DNA of 63,789 nt, filler included, from Trichosphaerium sp. ATCC 40318 (lineage: Eukaryota; Protista; Tubulinea): NCBI GenBank assembly GCA_038496445.1. It is 3 parts of 3 records of this genome, joined end to end, with 100 filler letters (N's around TTAATTAATTAA, not from the genome) between each part and the next. Parts side by side here need not be neighbours in the genome. Positions count along the whole stretch, not along the records: positions 49,126 to 63,789 come from JALMLS010000014.1; 2 more parts are not named here. One strand, 5' to 3'. Below are positions 49,126-63,048 of the stretch, piece after piece. Every line of letters begins with the position of its first letter. Position 1 is the stretch's first letter. Under the pieces are notes generated by a model, which had not been told where the DNA came from, made no database searches, and saw only the letters and a program-made list of their open reading frames with translations. The position numbers were made by a program, and so were the translations under genes.

Positions 49126-49340
49126 GTTCTGATTTTCCTATAATACCTGTAGCGGTCATCATCACTGTGCTTGTTATATTACTTGTGATTGCGATATTGG
49201 TATTGACATTGATCATTCCATCATGGCGTGAACGTATTTATCCGTACAATTGGGCCAGCAGAAGAAAAAAACGTGGAATATGTAATTCAAACTGGACAAA
49301 GCTAATAAACAACCAAACATTGTGTGATTTCAATTACTAA
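49126..49340 (+). CDS. C-terminal fragment of a membrane protein
   Basis: VLIFLIIPVAVIITVLVILLVIAILVLTLIIPSWRERIYPY: long hydrophobic segment plus basic tail at the contig start. Confidence 0.5.
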
Positions 49341-49368
49341 CAATGTTTATTTACAATTTTTACTTTTT

Positions 49369-52344
49369 TTATACATTATCACTACCCATCATTGTGACTG
49401 TTTTAGAGCTTCGCTTGAAATGAATCCATCCTACTATGCCAACAATGATAATGAATAATCCATAGACTAATATTATATAATCAAAAAGCAGTTGAGCTGT
49501 AACAGATGCTGTTTCGTTGGCAACAAATTCATCAACATAAAGTTCTATTGAAGAAGTTAGAGATGATATCTTCGACTAAAGCAAACATACGTATTCTATC
49601 CACGAAACTATCAACAACCACGTTGCTTATTGTAGGTACTTCAGGGAGTGTTATTGAAGAAGGTATTATAGAGTCAGGAATAGCAGCAAGAATTGGACCA
49701 ATTCCTCTTTAAGAAAGTAAGAAAAAATTGGGAAACTTGTTTTGATTACCTCAACACAAAAACAATGTCATCAAGAAACAGGAGACAAGAGATAAGTTCA
49801 GTTAGAATATTTGCAATAAACGTTGTAATGAATTTCCCAAGTTCGTCTACAAGGTCTCTATAGAGAAAAACGTAAGCGCTTTCAAATACAAGAATATTGA
49901 AGACGTACTCTTTTAAGTTTTCGATTCTATCCGCCAGCTTATTCAGCGCCCTGTCTGCTGATGCAAAAGCTTCATTTAAGGAATCTTTACTCTGTGTTAG
50001 AGCCTATAAAACTTATTAAGAATACACCACTTACGAGGCAACTAAAAAGGACTTACGTTTGTGAAGTTCACGTGAAATATATCATTTGTGTCGTTGATTA
50101 GGGAGTTCACTTCAGACACAATACCACTTCCAAAATCGCTTACTTCAGTTTCAACCCACTTATTGATTTCGGTTGATGCTACATTGATGCCAGCAAGGTA
50201 AGCATGGAATACAATGATTGTCAAAAGAGAAACCAAGATGATAGCAATAGCTGGTTTCCACATAACAAATTCAAGAAGCCACATAGTTGGTGCTTCTTCT
50301 GGTGTTTTACTAAAAGAAAGACATTAATCCGTCGCACTAAGTCAAGGGTATGAACGTACGGTGGCCGGTTAGATACTTTCTTAACTCTCTTGAGATTTGT
50401 TACCCAAATTTTGACTTTATGAGCGTTGTACAGACCCACCCATGTAATGCCAATAGCAACAATGATCAATACTACTACGCCAATAGACATCAGCTTTATA
50501 ATAGTCACAGCAGCATCATAAGGTTTGAAGTTTAGCCGATTACAAAACTTAATCTCGTTGTATACGGGTATTGGGAACGTGGCTATTGATGCATTTCTTA
50601 CATTCTCCCTTGGTGAACAATAAGATTTTGACTTCGTTCTTTTTTTTTTCACGTACTTTATTGTTTCTACTTCTTCTGTCAGTAGATCGTCAAGTAATCC
50701 TTTTATGAAGTCTCTCAAAGCCTCTTGTATTACGTCAGCCGTAGGAAGATTAAGTCCCTATAAGAGTAAGCATGATTAGAGTGCCGGAATAGCGTACAGA
50801 GTCAGCTGTTCCGTTTGAAAGAGATAGTTCGCTCTCATTGAACCCGATATTTGTTAGCCCAGTGATGTTTATTGTAGCGTTTGCTTGTTGTTCTAGTTCA
50901 ATTGATGAAGTATCTAGCTCATCCGAAACTTCTTGAAGAATAGCATCTCTGTCAGCATCGCTAAGTTGTTCCAATGATCGCTTGAACCCAAGCGCATCTT
51001 TAATCTTAGCACCTGTTCTCTTAAATGTATCTTGTGCTTTCTCCAGAAGCTCAGTGCTATTTCAAGGTTAGCTGCATCGGTATATATGTCAGTAATACGT
51101 ACATTGGATTAAATAGGCTAACCATACCATCGTAACCACATAGCAGCACTCTCAGCTTAGAAGAAAGCATAAAAATACCAACCTAGAAACGGGTAAGGAC
51201 TATCTTAACGAGTTATTGTCGTACGTCAACTGCCACAAAAACACCTTTCAATGATAAGTCTAAACCAACTGTCGCTCCGCTTTTTAGTGCTTCCTCTATG
51301 AATGCATTTGATGTTTTTGCTAGTGTCACGTGAATGTTTGCAACGTTTGTTGAGATGACTTCAAGATCTGCGCATTGATTTTTAATATACAACTTTGTTG
51401 CTGCAGCTGTGTTTGAAAAGTTGTTGAGAAACAAGAGACATGATACCCTAGTGTATGTGGATTAGACTTAAAACGTCACAACATGGTTTAGCGTACAGTA
51501 TGGTTAGTAACATGGCAATATAAACATGCCAGAAAACCCTGCAAGCACTTGTTTTTGCTCCCAAGAATTTAGGTTTTAATTGAGAAGCGAATTTTGTCTT
51601 TTTCTTTGGTGTAATGCCTTGCTTGGATTTATATTGTTGTGAGTATCCGTTCATTTTATCAACGTTAGGTTCTGGAGGTACTTCGGATACGGTTTGGTTT
51701 TCGTTGGCATACGTTCTTGGAGGTATTGCAGGAGCTGCTATCTGTTGAGGTTTGTTAATGTACGTTCTTTGAGGCACAGAAGGTAGATCAGGTTTTTTGC
51801 GCTTGTTCTTCTTCATCTCTTCTGAGTGATCATCGTAAATTGTTCTTGGAGGCGGAATTGGAGGCTAAGGAAAAATAAGAATCACGTGATCTTAAACAAC
51901 AAGTTATGTTTGTCATACTTTTCTTCTTTTTGGTGATTTCATCTTTATCTCTTGTTCTTTTGTTTTAGTTTCTGTCTATTTAAGCTTTAGAACAAGGGCG
52001 AAATTTGCACGCTAGTCTCGTACCGATACAGTTGATTTTTTTGCAGACTTTTTAAGTAACTTCTTTGATTTTTTTAAGCCTTTTTTCGAATTAAGAAGAG
52101 AGCGTGCTTCATCTTGTATCTCTAACGCTTGTGGTATTTCTTTATCGACTTGAGTTGTAGTTTTTATTCTTAACAGCACATTAATTTAAAAGCTTAGCAA
52201 TGGGAGTTACCTTGGAGACAATGGAGACTTGCTAGTCGCCGAACTCTCGTTTTTATTTGCTTTTGCTCGTTTTGAGGCTTGCAACTTCTTAGACCGTCTA
52301 ACACTCAACGGTGATTTTTTATCCTGTCGAAGAAACTTGCTCAT
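49369..52344 (-). CDS. PRM1-like multi-pass membrane protein with long basic/Pro-rich N-terminus
   Basis: PKFLGAKTSACRVFWHVYIAMLL..KNQCADLEVISTNVANIHVTLAKTSN resembles the fungal Prm1 N-terminal block as I recall it. Multi-TM topology with two large helical, N-glycosylatable loops bearing Cys. Confidence 0.6.
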
Positions 52345-53261
52345 CCCTAGGCTTGTTGGGTTTTATATAACGTAAGAATAACTTACGTAAATGATCTTGT
52401 GGGTCTTCAGTATACGATACTGTTTCTCTGTTCTAAACAATAATAATGAGATTTTGGCTTTCTTTACACTTTGTTCTTTGCGTACAACGAGATCTGCGTT
52501 CCCATCAGTGTTCCAATTACCGCTGGCAGTGATACCATTAGAGTCAGTCATTGTTGTATGTACTTGTTAATTATGTGTGATAGATTCATGCTTTTTTTCT
52601 GGAGCTTAGTTGAATGTTTGCCTTATCCCCAAAAAAAAGTTCACGTGATACACCCGCTAATCCACGTAGCACAAATATTAATTATAACGCGAGATACATC
52701 AACCTTAGATATCAAATACGCGTTTTACGCCATACAAGAGTCATCACGTGTTTTGAAGAGAAAATAAAGGGAGACATTCGGAAATCGTATCACCACGCTT
52801 TTGAGCCCGGAATGTATCGCCACACATGACGTTTTGTAGTTTATAGATTCTTTGTTTCTGAACTTGGTAAGGTCTCAATTAGTTCTAGTCATAGCAATAA
52901 TACGATAAATGGTCTCGAGTACATGGGTGGGAATGTTTTAAGTGATTATTCAACATGACTCTATGACGTCATAAAAGCTATTACCAAAAAAAAAGCGGTG
53001 GATCGAATACCGCAGTTTATTTCCTAAACACCACTAAAGTTCCGTTCAATTTATCACGAAACTAGGCATTGTACGAGTAAGTAGTTGTTTGTTATAGAAG
53101 CAAAGGTGGATGCAACTATAAAGTACTATAATCGACATGTGGATTTCTACAGTTCAATACCAAACTAAATTAATTCAACAATAAGTAACAGTTATGCGGA
53201 GAAATTATTTATTGGTTACTATGTACATAGTGCAATTATTATCGATGGAGGTATGTTAGTG

Positions 53262-53750
53262 TTAACATAAACTCTCCCCAAAACATTCATTTACAACATG
53301 TTTCTCCCACGTTGTTAAAATAGCATGCTTATTTTTTGGGTCTTTGTTTGTTTCATCACTTGGGTTATATTCAGCACATCTCCAATCATAAGTTCCGTCT
53401 TTTTTGATACCCCATCCACTCCTTTGCCAACGTTTTGTATCTTCTCTCACAAGACCTTTGTTCACAGCAGTCTCAAACGCTTTTTTGTGCTTGTTTTTAC
53501 CTTTAAGCTTCTTGGTTGCAATGACGAAGATTGTTGTACTTCTTGGCTCGTATATGGTCAAACAAGTGAAACCAGTAGTGTTCTTTTTTGGTCTCTTGTG
53601 CGGTTTCTTTGCCTTCTCGTAGTTAATGTATACAATAAATCTCTTTGATATTTCACATTCTTTTGGTTTGTCAGTTTTGCCTTCAGCTCGAAGTTGTCTT
53701 TTGAGACGATTGAGGAGTTTGACTTCAACAGTTTGTTTTCTTTTTCCCAT
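53262..53750 (-). CDS. Hypothetical intronless Lys-rich protein
   Basis: 162-aa ATG ORF, strongly basic; no recognised motif. Confidence 0.55.
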   Translation of the reverse strand: MGKRKQTVEVKLLNRLKRQLRAEGKTDKPKECEISKRFIVYINYEKAKKPHKRPKKNTTGFTCLTIYEPRSTTIFVIATKKLKGKNKHKKAFETAVNKGLVREDTKRWQRSGWGIKKDGTYDWRCAEYNPSDETNKDPKNKHAILTTWEKHVVNECFGESLC

Positions 53751-54069
53751 GACGATGTGTGAAGAGCTGTTGCTTTAAGTATGTGGTTAATTAGTTTATG
53801 ATCTTGCGCGTAATAAACCAACACGTGAATAGTCTGTGAAATCAAGTAATTTTTGATGAAGGTATTGCGTCATCTTCTCGCCCTGTCACGTGATTTTCAA
53901 GTTTCGTTCTTCTCGACCGAATATTAACTGTTTTTAAGAACAGTTATGGATATAGTGCCGTGCTACACAACTGAAATGCGGACAATAGTGTTGTTCCCAC
54001 TTAATTGCAGGTGGAATAAGTTAAAACAGTCACGCGAATAATCGGTACACAGGTCGTACGCTCTTTTAG

Positions 54070-56368
54070 ATGTTCCACCGTGCGTCAATAAGCAGACTTC
54101 GTTGTAATAAAAGCTGTTTAGCGGTATTGTTGGTTTCCCGATTCCATGCACATCAAACAGCTTCTTTCGCTCCCAAAAGGGCTACAACGGCGCTAGCGCA
54201 ACAAAACATACATTATACACGTCATGTCAGGTACCATTCTGTTAAAACAGCGTTATTTCGCTCGGAACGCGAATATTCCCATCAAAATCGGCGTAAAACG
54301 GCATTGAAAATACCTGTCAGGTTTTTCTCAACTAACGCTGCTATTGAACAAATTGTAAAGGTAAGAACGGTACACACGATTTGACGCAACACAAAACAAC
54401 GCTATTCCAACATTCTTGTATTGACCATTACAATAGAAGCCAGAAAAAGTCAGCAACAAGCTCAATACTCAAAATCTGAACAAGGGTGGCCTCGTTGATA
54501 ATGGAGAAAAGTCGCAAGAGAAGCAAGAGAAGCAAGAGAAGCAAGAGAAGCAAGAGAAGCAAAAGAAGCGAGAAAAGAAAGAAAAGATAGAAGAGTGGTA
54601 TGGGAAAGGAAAGTTGAAGTCAAGAGTTACCAAGAATGCAAATAAAGAAGGACAAGATCTTTTTCAAAGATGGCATTCCAACGGTCAACTACAGTTCAAG
54701 TGGTGGTTTAAAGATAGGAAGAAGCAAGGCGAAGTAAGAGGGTGGTATTCAAACGGTAAGCTTGAATTCCAAGGTAATGTAAAAGATGGTATTAAAGAAG
54801 GCGAATCAAAGAGGTGGTTTAAGAGTGGGCGATTAGAGAAGAAAGAATTTTTCAAGAATGGTAAGAAGGAAGGTGAAGCTAAGAAATGGTATGACAGTGA
54901 CAGTGGTCAGCTATATTCTCTGGGATTCTATAAGAACGGTTTGGAAGAAGGCGAGTTTAGTAAGTGGCACATGAACGGACAAATAGAAAAACAAAGTTTT
55001 TACAAGGGTGGTAAGTTAGAAGGTGAATATAAAACGTTTTATGAGAATGGTAAGCTAGGAGTTCAAAGTCATTACAAAGATGGCAAGAAAGAAGGTGATT
55101 ATAAAAAGTGGTACGATAACGGACAGTTACAAACACAAGGAACATTCAAAGGCGGAAAGAAAGAAGGTGACTTTAAAAAATGGCACAAGAATGGACAGAT
55201 ACATTTACAACACTGTTTCATAGATGGTAAGAAAGAAGGTGATTATAAAAAGTGGTACGATAACGGACAGTTACAAACACAAGGAACATTCAAAGGCGGA
55301 AAGAAAGAAGGTGACTTTAAAAAATGGCACAAGAATGGACAGATACATTTACAACACTGTTTCATAGATGGTAAGAAAGAAGGTGATTATAAAAAGTGGT
55401 ACGATAACGGACAGTTACAAACACAAGGAACATTCAAAGGCGGAAAGAAAGAAGGTGACATTAAAGAATGGTATGAAAACGGTCAGTTAAAATTACACAG
55501 TTTCATAAAGAATGGAAGGAAAGAAGGTGAAGTTAAAACGTGGTACCATAATGGACAGTTACATACACAAGAGTCTTTCAATGGCAGTAAAGAGTACTTT
55601 AAAAAATGGCACAACAATGGTCAATTGGAATTACAGAGTTGTTACAAGGATGGCATGAGAGACGGTGAACTCAAGAAATGGTTTAACAATGGAAAGTTGC
55701 GAAAACAAGGTTGTTACACAGATGGTAAGAAAGAAGGTGAAATGAACGAGTGGCATGAGAACGGAGAACTACGAAGTCAATATGTTTTCAAAGATGGAAA
55801 GGAAGAAGGTGAATGCAAACAGTGGCATTTCGACGGCTCACTAAAGTCCCTCCATCACTTTAAAGGTGGTAAAATGGAAGGTGAATGGAAGGAGTTTCAT
55901 AAAAATGGAGTAGTAGAGTCCCAGATATGTTTCATAAACGGAAAGAAAGAAGGTGAAGCTAAAGGTTGGTATCAAAACGGAGAATTAAAGTTTCAATGTT
56001 TTTTCCAGGATGGTGAGTATGAAGGTGAAGTAAAAGAGTGGCATGATAATGGTTTATTGTATATACACTGTTTTTATAAGGATGGTAAACGCGAAGGTGA
56101 GCACAAGGAGTGGTTTAATGATGGTCAAATTCATCACCACTATTTTTATAACGAAGGTAAAGAAGAAGGTGAAAGTAAAGAGTGGTATCAAAATGGAAGT
56201 TTAAGCTCTCACTATTTCTTCAAAGAAGGACAAGAAGACGGTGTATGTAAAGAATGGTATAAGAATGGTCAGTTATATCGTGAATACAAGTTTAGAGATG
56301 GAATGGAAGTAGCTAAATGTAAAGAATGGCATCAGAACGGTGATGCTGTTACAAGAGATAAGAGATAA
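54070..56368 (+). CDS. MORN-variant (YwqK-type) repeat protein, ~24 repeats, with presequence-like N-terminus
   Basis: 24-aa repeats KKEGE.K.WY.NGQL. The frame extends upstream of 54614 via an intron at 54361-54437 to ORF 54070. Confidence 0.8.
55085..55459 (+). repeat. Exact 144-bp tandem repeat (~2.6 copies) within the MORN gene
   Basis: aagaaagaaggtgattataaaaagtgg recurs at 55085, 55229 and 55373. Confidence 0.92.
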
Positions 56369-56843
56369 AACGCAAAATAGTTGGGTTTAAGACTAGCTTC
56401 ACTGCTATTGTATCACAGAAAATTTAATAAAGTTTAACAGTGCGGCACCTTAGGCCTTATTGTCCGTATCATACAAGTTTGCAAACATCTTGCAACTTCT
56501 GTTAGTTCTTACAAGATCTTGTTATTTCTTGCAAGATCTGTTAAAAACTACAACATATTATTGCGACACGTGTTTTAACCATTATTTTATTTTGTACATT
56601 GTTAGCAGTTCTGTTGTCGTCCTCGAAGGTCCAGTAGTTGTCTCGTATACTCTAATACGTACTATTATGCTATACTAATACCTTACACTGTTTTACACGT
56701 GCTTGTGCAGATTAAATTGACGTAGTTTCGGAAAAGGTGATCTAGTGCAGCAGAACAATGAGAAATAAAACCATAGTAAAAAAGCAGTAAATAATCTTTA
56801 TTGTGTTAGTGCGTTTCTTTCACAGTGTCTAGTACAAGATGAT

Positions 56844-58082
56844 TTACAAATAAAGACAACACAACAATGCCAAAACGTTGAACACCATAAAATACATAGA
56901 AATTAGCTTATTGGATGAAGAGGCTACAGGTGATGCTTGTATTATTGGTGCTTGTGTCATAACACCTTGATTAGTTGGAGTAGCTGTTGGTGTTGCTGTT
57001 GGCGTTGTTGTTGTTGGTTGTACTGTTATTATTGATATTGGAAACGTTGGAGAAGAAGCTGGTGCCAGTGTTGTAGGAGGTTGTGTTGTTGGCAAAGATG
57101 GTTTAGGAGGAAACGTTGTTGGTGATAATGTTGTAGGCGGTAGTGTTGGAGGAAGTGTTGTTGGAGGAAGTGTTGTAGGTGGTAATGTCGTTGGAGGGAG
57201 CGTTGTTGGAGGTAATGTTGTTGGAGGTAGTGTTGTTGGTGGTAATGTCGTTGGTGGTAATGTCGTTGGAGGTAATGTTGTTGGAGGAAGTGTTGTTGGA
57301 GGGAGCGTTGTAGGTGGTAATGTTGTTGGAGGTAGCGTAGTTGGAGGTAGTGTCGTTGGAGGAAGTGTTGTTGGAGGTAGCGTTGTTGGAGGTGGAGGCA
57401 ATGTCGTTGGAACCAAAGTAGCTATCTGAAAACTTACAGTAGCCAGGCGGGTAGTTACTGGCGACTGCGCCGCAATTGTGAAACTACAACGCAAAAAGTT
57501 AATATAAATTAAAGGACGTTACTAATCGAACGTACGTGAATGACGTTGCAGTGAAATTGAAAGAATTTGGAGCGTTTGTATAATTATGTGAAACTAAAGT
57601 AATTCCTAAAAGAAATGTTAGAATACTTTGGCTAAACAAGTGCTAAAAATAAGATGTTTGTAGTTTGATACCTCCTATAACTGGTTGATCCATTACACAC
57701 TCTATTACAAGAGCTACTGTTTGGCCACTTCCGATAAGGTCGTATCGAGCCGAATTTGCGTTAATATCAAGTCTGTGCTCATTTTGCGGATAATCTACTA
57801 TATACTCTGTAGCTGCATCAGAAACAATGAAGTTGGGGTTGTTTGGTTCACTAGAATCAGCTGCAATATCTAAGTTACCAAAATCCGGAACTTTTATTGT
57901 ACATATTCCTGAATCGCCTTCACCTACATGGAGAAGTTAATGAAAAGTTACCAAAACACAGTGTTGCTGCTCTTCTTTTTTTCAGGCGTGCCAAAATACA
58001 CCTTCTCTATCTATGGCAAGTACGTACTTAAAGAAAGCGCCAAGGTGAATAGAGTACATAAACATAGAAGTGCTTTAATCAT
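56844..58082 (-). CDS. Secreted/GPI-anchored mucin-like protein with PPTTL repeats
   Basis: Signal peptide MIKALLCLCTLFTLALSL, a globular domain, a long run of 15-bp PPTTL units, and an SSS plus hydrophobic C-terminus. Confidence 0.82.
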
Positions 58083-59254
58083 TGTGAGAAAATGATAATA
58101 ATAGATAGCTTAGTTAGTTACAATTGACAAAAATAGCAACGGCTTTAAATTAATTTGTTTGTAAAACACTTAAAAGTTATAAATACACTAACTATTGTTG
58201 CAATAATTCCATCCTGTAAGTCCATTCACCAACTATACAACAACTTGCACTTTTGAACTTTCTTGGTTTTTCGGGTAGCGCCAAACTTTGGAGATTTGTC
58301 TATTTTTGGCAACAGTTTAATATCACGCTCGTGACACCTAATGTCCAGTGTCAAATATTAGTGCACTCTTAATAACAGTCTATTATAGAAGTCAAAATAT
58401 GCCTAACTTAGCACAGTACTCTAATGCGGCTACTCTGGTTAGGACATGTAATGGCATTGCGGGACCACTTCAATAAAGCATAAGTATATTCTGAAATTTC
58501 ATGATTTTTGGTGTTTTTCGTGATCAAATCATTTCATCTTGTATGTCTTGTGAAAAGTCGCACGATTATTTGGAGACAAATTTAGTGGGAATACAGTTTT
58601 ACCGAAACAATACCAAAAAGATACTTAAAACAACCGCCTCTACCACCGCCAATGTAGATGTCGTTCTGTTCTATGTACTACTATAGAGAACGGCGACAGT
58701 ACTATTTATTTCAAAAACACTAAAAAAAATGTTTTAGTATGAGACAATGAATGGCTCTAATCACTTTTGGCTAGGCCCTTTGCTATGCTCCGGACAAACC
58801 CGATGTCGGGTGAGTGCAAAATACGAAAGTTCCAGCAATTTCAATAGTTCTTAAAGCTTGAGAATTTTTCAATACACAGTTGAATATGCTTAATAGCATA
58901 AGAACTATGTGCATTGCGTCTACACACGAAGTTTGGGAGCGTAATATTTAGTAGTGCATCGAACTGAGTGTACTAAAATGATAGTTGGAATGGATAAATT
59001 GTTTTTCACGTGTTGTTTTTCAGGCTCTTTTGCCAGCTATTATTCTCAAGACCGGCCATCCATCGCACCAATTCCGGTGTATGGTGAATACAATATCAAG
59101 TTAGGCTGTTTGAGATGTTGCATAAGTTGCAAACAAATTGTTTTCTAAACAGTATTGTTTACAACCTCAACTCAGAGATGAGCGAGTCACTCTTTAAGCG
59201 GATTTTGCGCATTCACTAGAGAGAAAAAGGTACACGTGGATATCATACTTGTGA

Positions 59255-59725
59255 TTATAATATGATTATAATATTGGCACTGACATAGATCCATCCCATC
59301 ACGGCGGAACCTATTACCAATACAATTACCGGCTGCCAACATATTCGACTACAGGCCCTCCTACCACAACACTTAGAGAACCATACGAAGCTGTAATTTC
59401 TTGGAGGGTCTGTTGTCGCTTCAGCCGTTGGCGGGTCCATGGGTGTTGCTGTAACTTTTTCGAAGGTATCCAGACACTTTCTGCCAGAAATGAGATTGCA
59501 GGAGGTAGTGAAGAATAAGTTACAGGTTTTGTTGTAAGTCGATTAGATCCACATCGAGAGGTTGTCGCACATTTGTTGGCACTCTGCTTTTGTAACAGAG
59601 GTATCCCGCGGAAAGGTACACTCTCCAGAACCGCCCAACCAGTCACAGTGGGTTACAGTCGAGCCAGCGTAGTATCCATCGCAGTAGGCAAAGAGTCCAG
59701 AATTGATGGCTTTTCTCCATCGTTA
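59255..59725 (-). pseudogene. Cys-rich (PAN/apple-like) membrane protein with an in-frame stop
   Basis: A single frame reads YCDGYY..HCDW..ECQQMCDNLSMWI*STYNKTCNLFFTTSC..PTAEATT..hydrophobic C-terminus. Confidence 0.35.
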
Positions 59726-59871
59726 CAATCTAAAACATAAAGCTTGCTAGAGCTCTGTATGCAGCACTATAACGCCAGTTTCGCTGTACTTCTCTATTCT
59801 TTACGTAGAAACATGTTTCATTGGTATATTTACATCATAATACAGTGCGATAGTAGTTTCTTTATTGAAAG

Positions 59872-62803
59872 TTAGGCATCCAAAACTAGGTTTTTGAGAG
59901 CCTTAGGAACAGCATCACGTGATTGTAATGCAGCACAAGCACAACTTATACCTATCTTAATACTTTCTTCCTCTTTGATTCCATTAAGCAATGCGTAAGC
60001 TATACCACCAGAAAGACAGTCTCCAGCTCCTGTCACATTAACTAAAATAAACATTAGTCATGGACCACTTGGCTTCATTGATCGATTTTTGAGTGGATTA
60101 ATGAGACATGACGAAATAGACACAACGAACTTGGTGCGTGCCTATTGAATCAACTTTTTCTGAAGGTACATGTTTGACTTGTCTGCTGTCTTTTGATCCC
60201 CAATATACTGTAAAAAAAAAATACAAAGTTAGTTATAGTCAGCAAATAACTCTTCGATACCTCCTTTCGAACCAACAGACACAATAACACATTTGATACC
60301 ATAATCCAGAAGGAAATTGATACCTTTTTCGATGCTACCTAAGCAATACAATTCATTAGGAAAACAACACTAAGGGTGTACTTTGTAAGTTTTTTTAACA
60401 CTTACATGGTTCCTGGTTTTTGTCAATAGCGCGTACTATCGCCTGTAGCTCATCTTTATTCGGTGTAATAATATCAATATGCTTTAATACACCACTATTT
60501 ACTAGTTTTATACTCTTTGGAATTGATACAGTGTCAACCATTGCTAAGACAAAGAATCATTAACTGTTCTGAAACAAAAAGAAAACTCGTACTTTTTACA
60601 TTATGCTTCTTGCATAGCCTTACAATCTCTGTGATACCACTTTGATGTATGTTTGTATCAAATATGCATAAAGGAGATTTATAAAATAAAGGTTCTAAAG
60701 ACCGTATCTAGTAACTATGTGAGTAGTAAGGGCGACGTAAACAATCGTACAAACTTGTCATTAAGTGCATCAAAAATATCCATTGCCGCGATTGCAGACC
60801 TCATACTTCCGTCATTGTCTAGTGTGGCATGGTACACCGCAGTAGATATACCCTTTGACGTATTATGTAAAGTTGGTGTAAGGTTAGGTATGCTGTTGAG
60901 GTGCTCCTTAACAACAGCACCCATTGCATCGTTTCCAATTCTGGACACAAATCTAACTTTATTACCAAGTCTACAGACGACCTCTGCAAGAAAGAAATGA
61001 GCATGTATGGAACTGGGTTCTTTTCATTACCTGCAATATTCTTTGCTACTCCTCCAGTTGATATGGAAGCTTTACCAGGCATAGATGTATCAATAATTAA
61101 AGACTCATGAGGTTGCCCAATGATATCAACTAAACATATAAGACTCATTTATTTGATTTCTGAGAGTAGCGAGGTACCTACAACACCTCCAATCACTAGA
61201 GGTAACCCTGTATTTTTAGATTGCGGGTGTTCAATCACAGTATGTTCAGTGGGTGCTTTAAAAGTCAAACAAAAGAACAAGTACAATGAAACAAAATGTC
61301 GTGGTGGTTTTTTTTTATTTAAAGGATCACAATCAAGGTACTTTTATTGTGTACCTTGAACATCAGTCATTGTGGCCAACTCAGAAGCAATCATAGCAGC
61401 AACTTTAGCATTATTAAGTATAAGAGAAATATCTTCAAAGTCAAAGAAAACAATATAAGTAACAAAGATAACAACTTTTCAAAAAAAAAGGAAAAAAATG
61501 GGAAGGATACTGGCTTTTGTTGTTTTGCCCTCTGATATGTGATGCACTCTAGAAAGCAAGAAAGGTGTAAGTTCCTTTCCTTTTACTCCTTGCTCCACTG
61601 ATTCTTTAAGAGCTTGTTCAATAGCATGAGTAATCGGTGCAGCATCAGCCTCAGCATCCAATGGAATTGGGTTTGCCTTACAAAGTTAACATCGGTTACG
61701 GTTTGCCTAGTAAACAGCGTACGATAAGTATTCCTGCAGGAGAACCAGATGTCACATTAGCATTGATGATATCAGCACACTCACGAGCAGATTGAGCTTC
61801 CCAAGCTACTTTTTCGCCACTACATATCAAGTGTTAAACATAATACTTTTAACTACAATAAATACCTGTCACGTGTATAGAACGCAGGCATTTTTTCTGT
61901 TTTATAGCCAACAACAAGGACACCTTGTGTTTCAAGGTATTCTAATGTACGTGGACTAATACGCTAGTTAGCAATCGCTTTTTATCCTTGATGAGTAAGT
62001 CGTACATGTCTAGAATAGCCTTTGCTCCAGCTGATACGACAGCTACAGGAGTTTTACCAAGCTGTAAAAGATCTGCTGAGATATCCATTGCTATTTGCTT
62101 GTCAATAAGAAAATAAACAAATGCATTATGTACACTCATGACCACCACGATGCACACCACCAATTCCACCTGTAGCAAAAACTGGACGAAAAAGTAAGTA
62201 AAATCTCAAGCTAACTCACTTCTTTTTCTTGCCTTTGATACCAGCCAAGTGAGCTATATACATTGTAGCTGCAACTGTAGTTGAACCCTTTAAAAAAAAG
62301 TACGTCACGTGACTGAAAAAAAAAACTTAAAGTTTGTTTAGAGACACATACATTGAATCTTCGCGCAATGGCAAGTGGGATGTCTCTGATAGAGCATTTA
62401 CGAATATTCTTGCTTTTGGCGAACAGCATAACATCAGCGTCACTCATACCGAGTTGTAGCACGCCCTCTTACGCATTGTTAGATGGTTACGGTTCATTTT
62501 ACGCTATAATCGTACGTATAATACATATTGTTGCTGGTACTGCTCCATTTGCTCTTACAATGTCTTCTGCTTGCTTAGCAACGCGTACGTTTTCAGGGTA
62601 AGGAAATCCGTGCGAAATTAACGTAGATTCGAGCGCAACGACTGGTGTACCTGAAAACAGCGTTATTTACTATTAAAAAATAATTTTAACCAACCGTTTT
62701 TGAGCGCATTTTTTATCTCGTCGCTAATACGCAAATGAGGCGTTGTAAAATGACGTGTAATGGCTCCAGCCCGTCTGCAAAATTTATCTTTAACGTCTGC
62801 CAT
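59872..62803 (-). CDS. Bifunctional pseudouridine-5'-phosphate glycosidase (PsuG) / pseudouridine kinase (PfkB)
   Basis: [55 protein letters not shown]; then [27 protein letters not shown]. Confidence 0.93.
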
Positions 62804-63048
62804 GATAACTGAGCTTGTAAGCGTGAAGTGGCATGCAATGGTCGTCTTCGGTAAATTCCGATTTAATTTTCTAGTGAATTGAGAAAAAACTTACTCAGTC
62901 ACTTTTTTCGTCATCGTTCTGCTTAGAAAAAGGTGGCCATTCCCTCTATTGGCAAACAAAAACTTGCTTGCATAAGGAGTGGTACATACGATCCAAGGCT
63001 TCTTTCTTGTTATTAAATTACAATTTATTATTTGTTTTCTTTTTTACT

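Noticed and set aside
55085-55459. Regular repeats here and at 3535-3785, 42940-43260 and 57130-57410 as CRISPR-like arrays
   Set aside because: All are in-frame coding repeats without unique spacers, and the context is eukaryotic with no cas genes.
59545-59560. In-frame TAA as evidence of an alternative genetic code
   Set aside because: Many genes in the window end normally at TAA, TAG or TGA; a local error or pseudogene is simpler.
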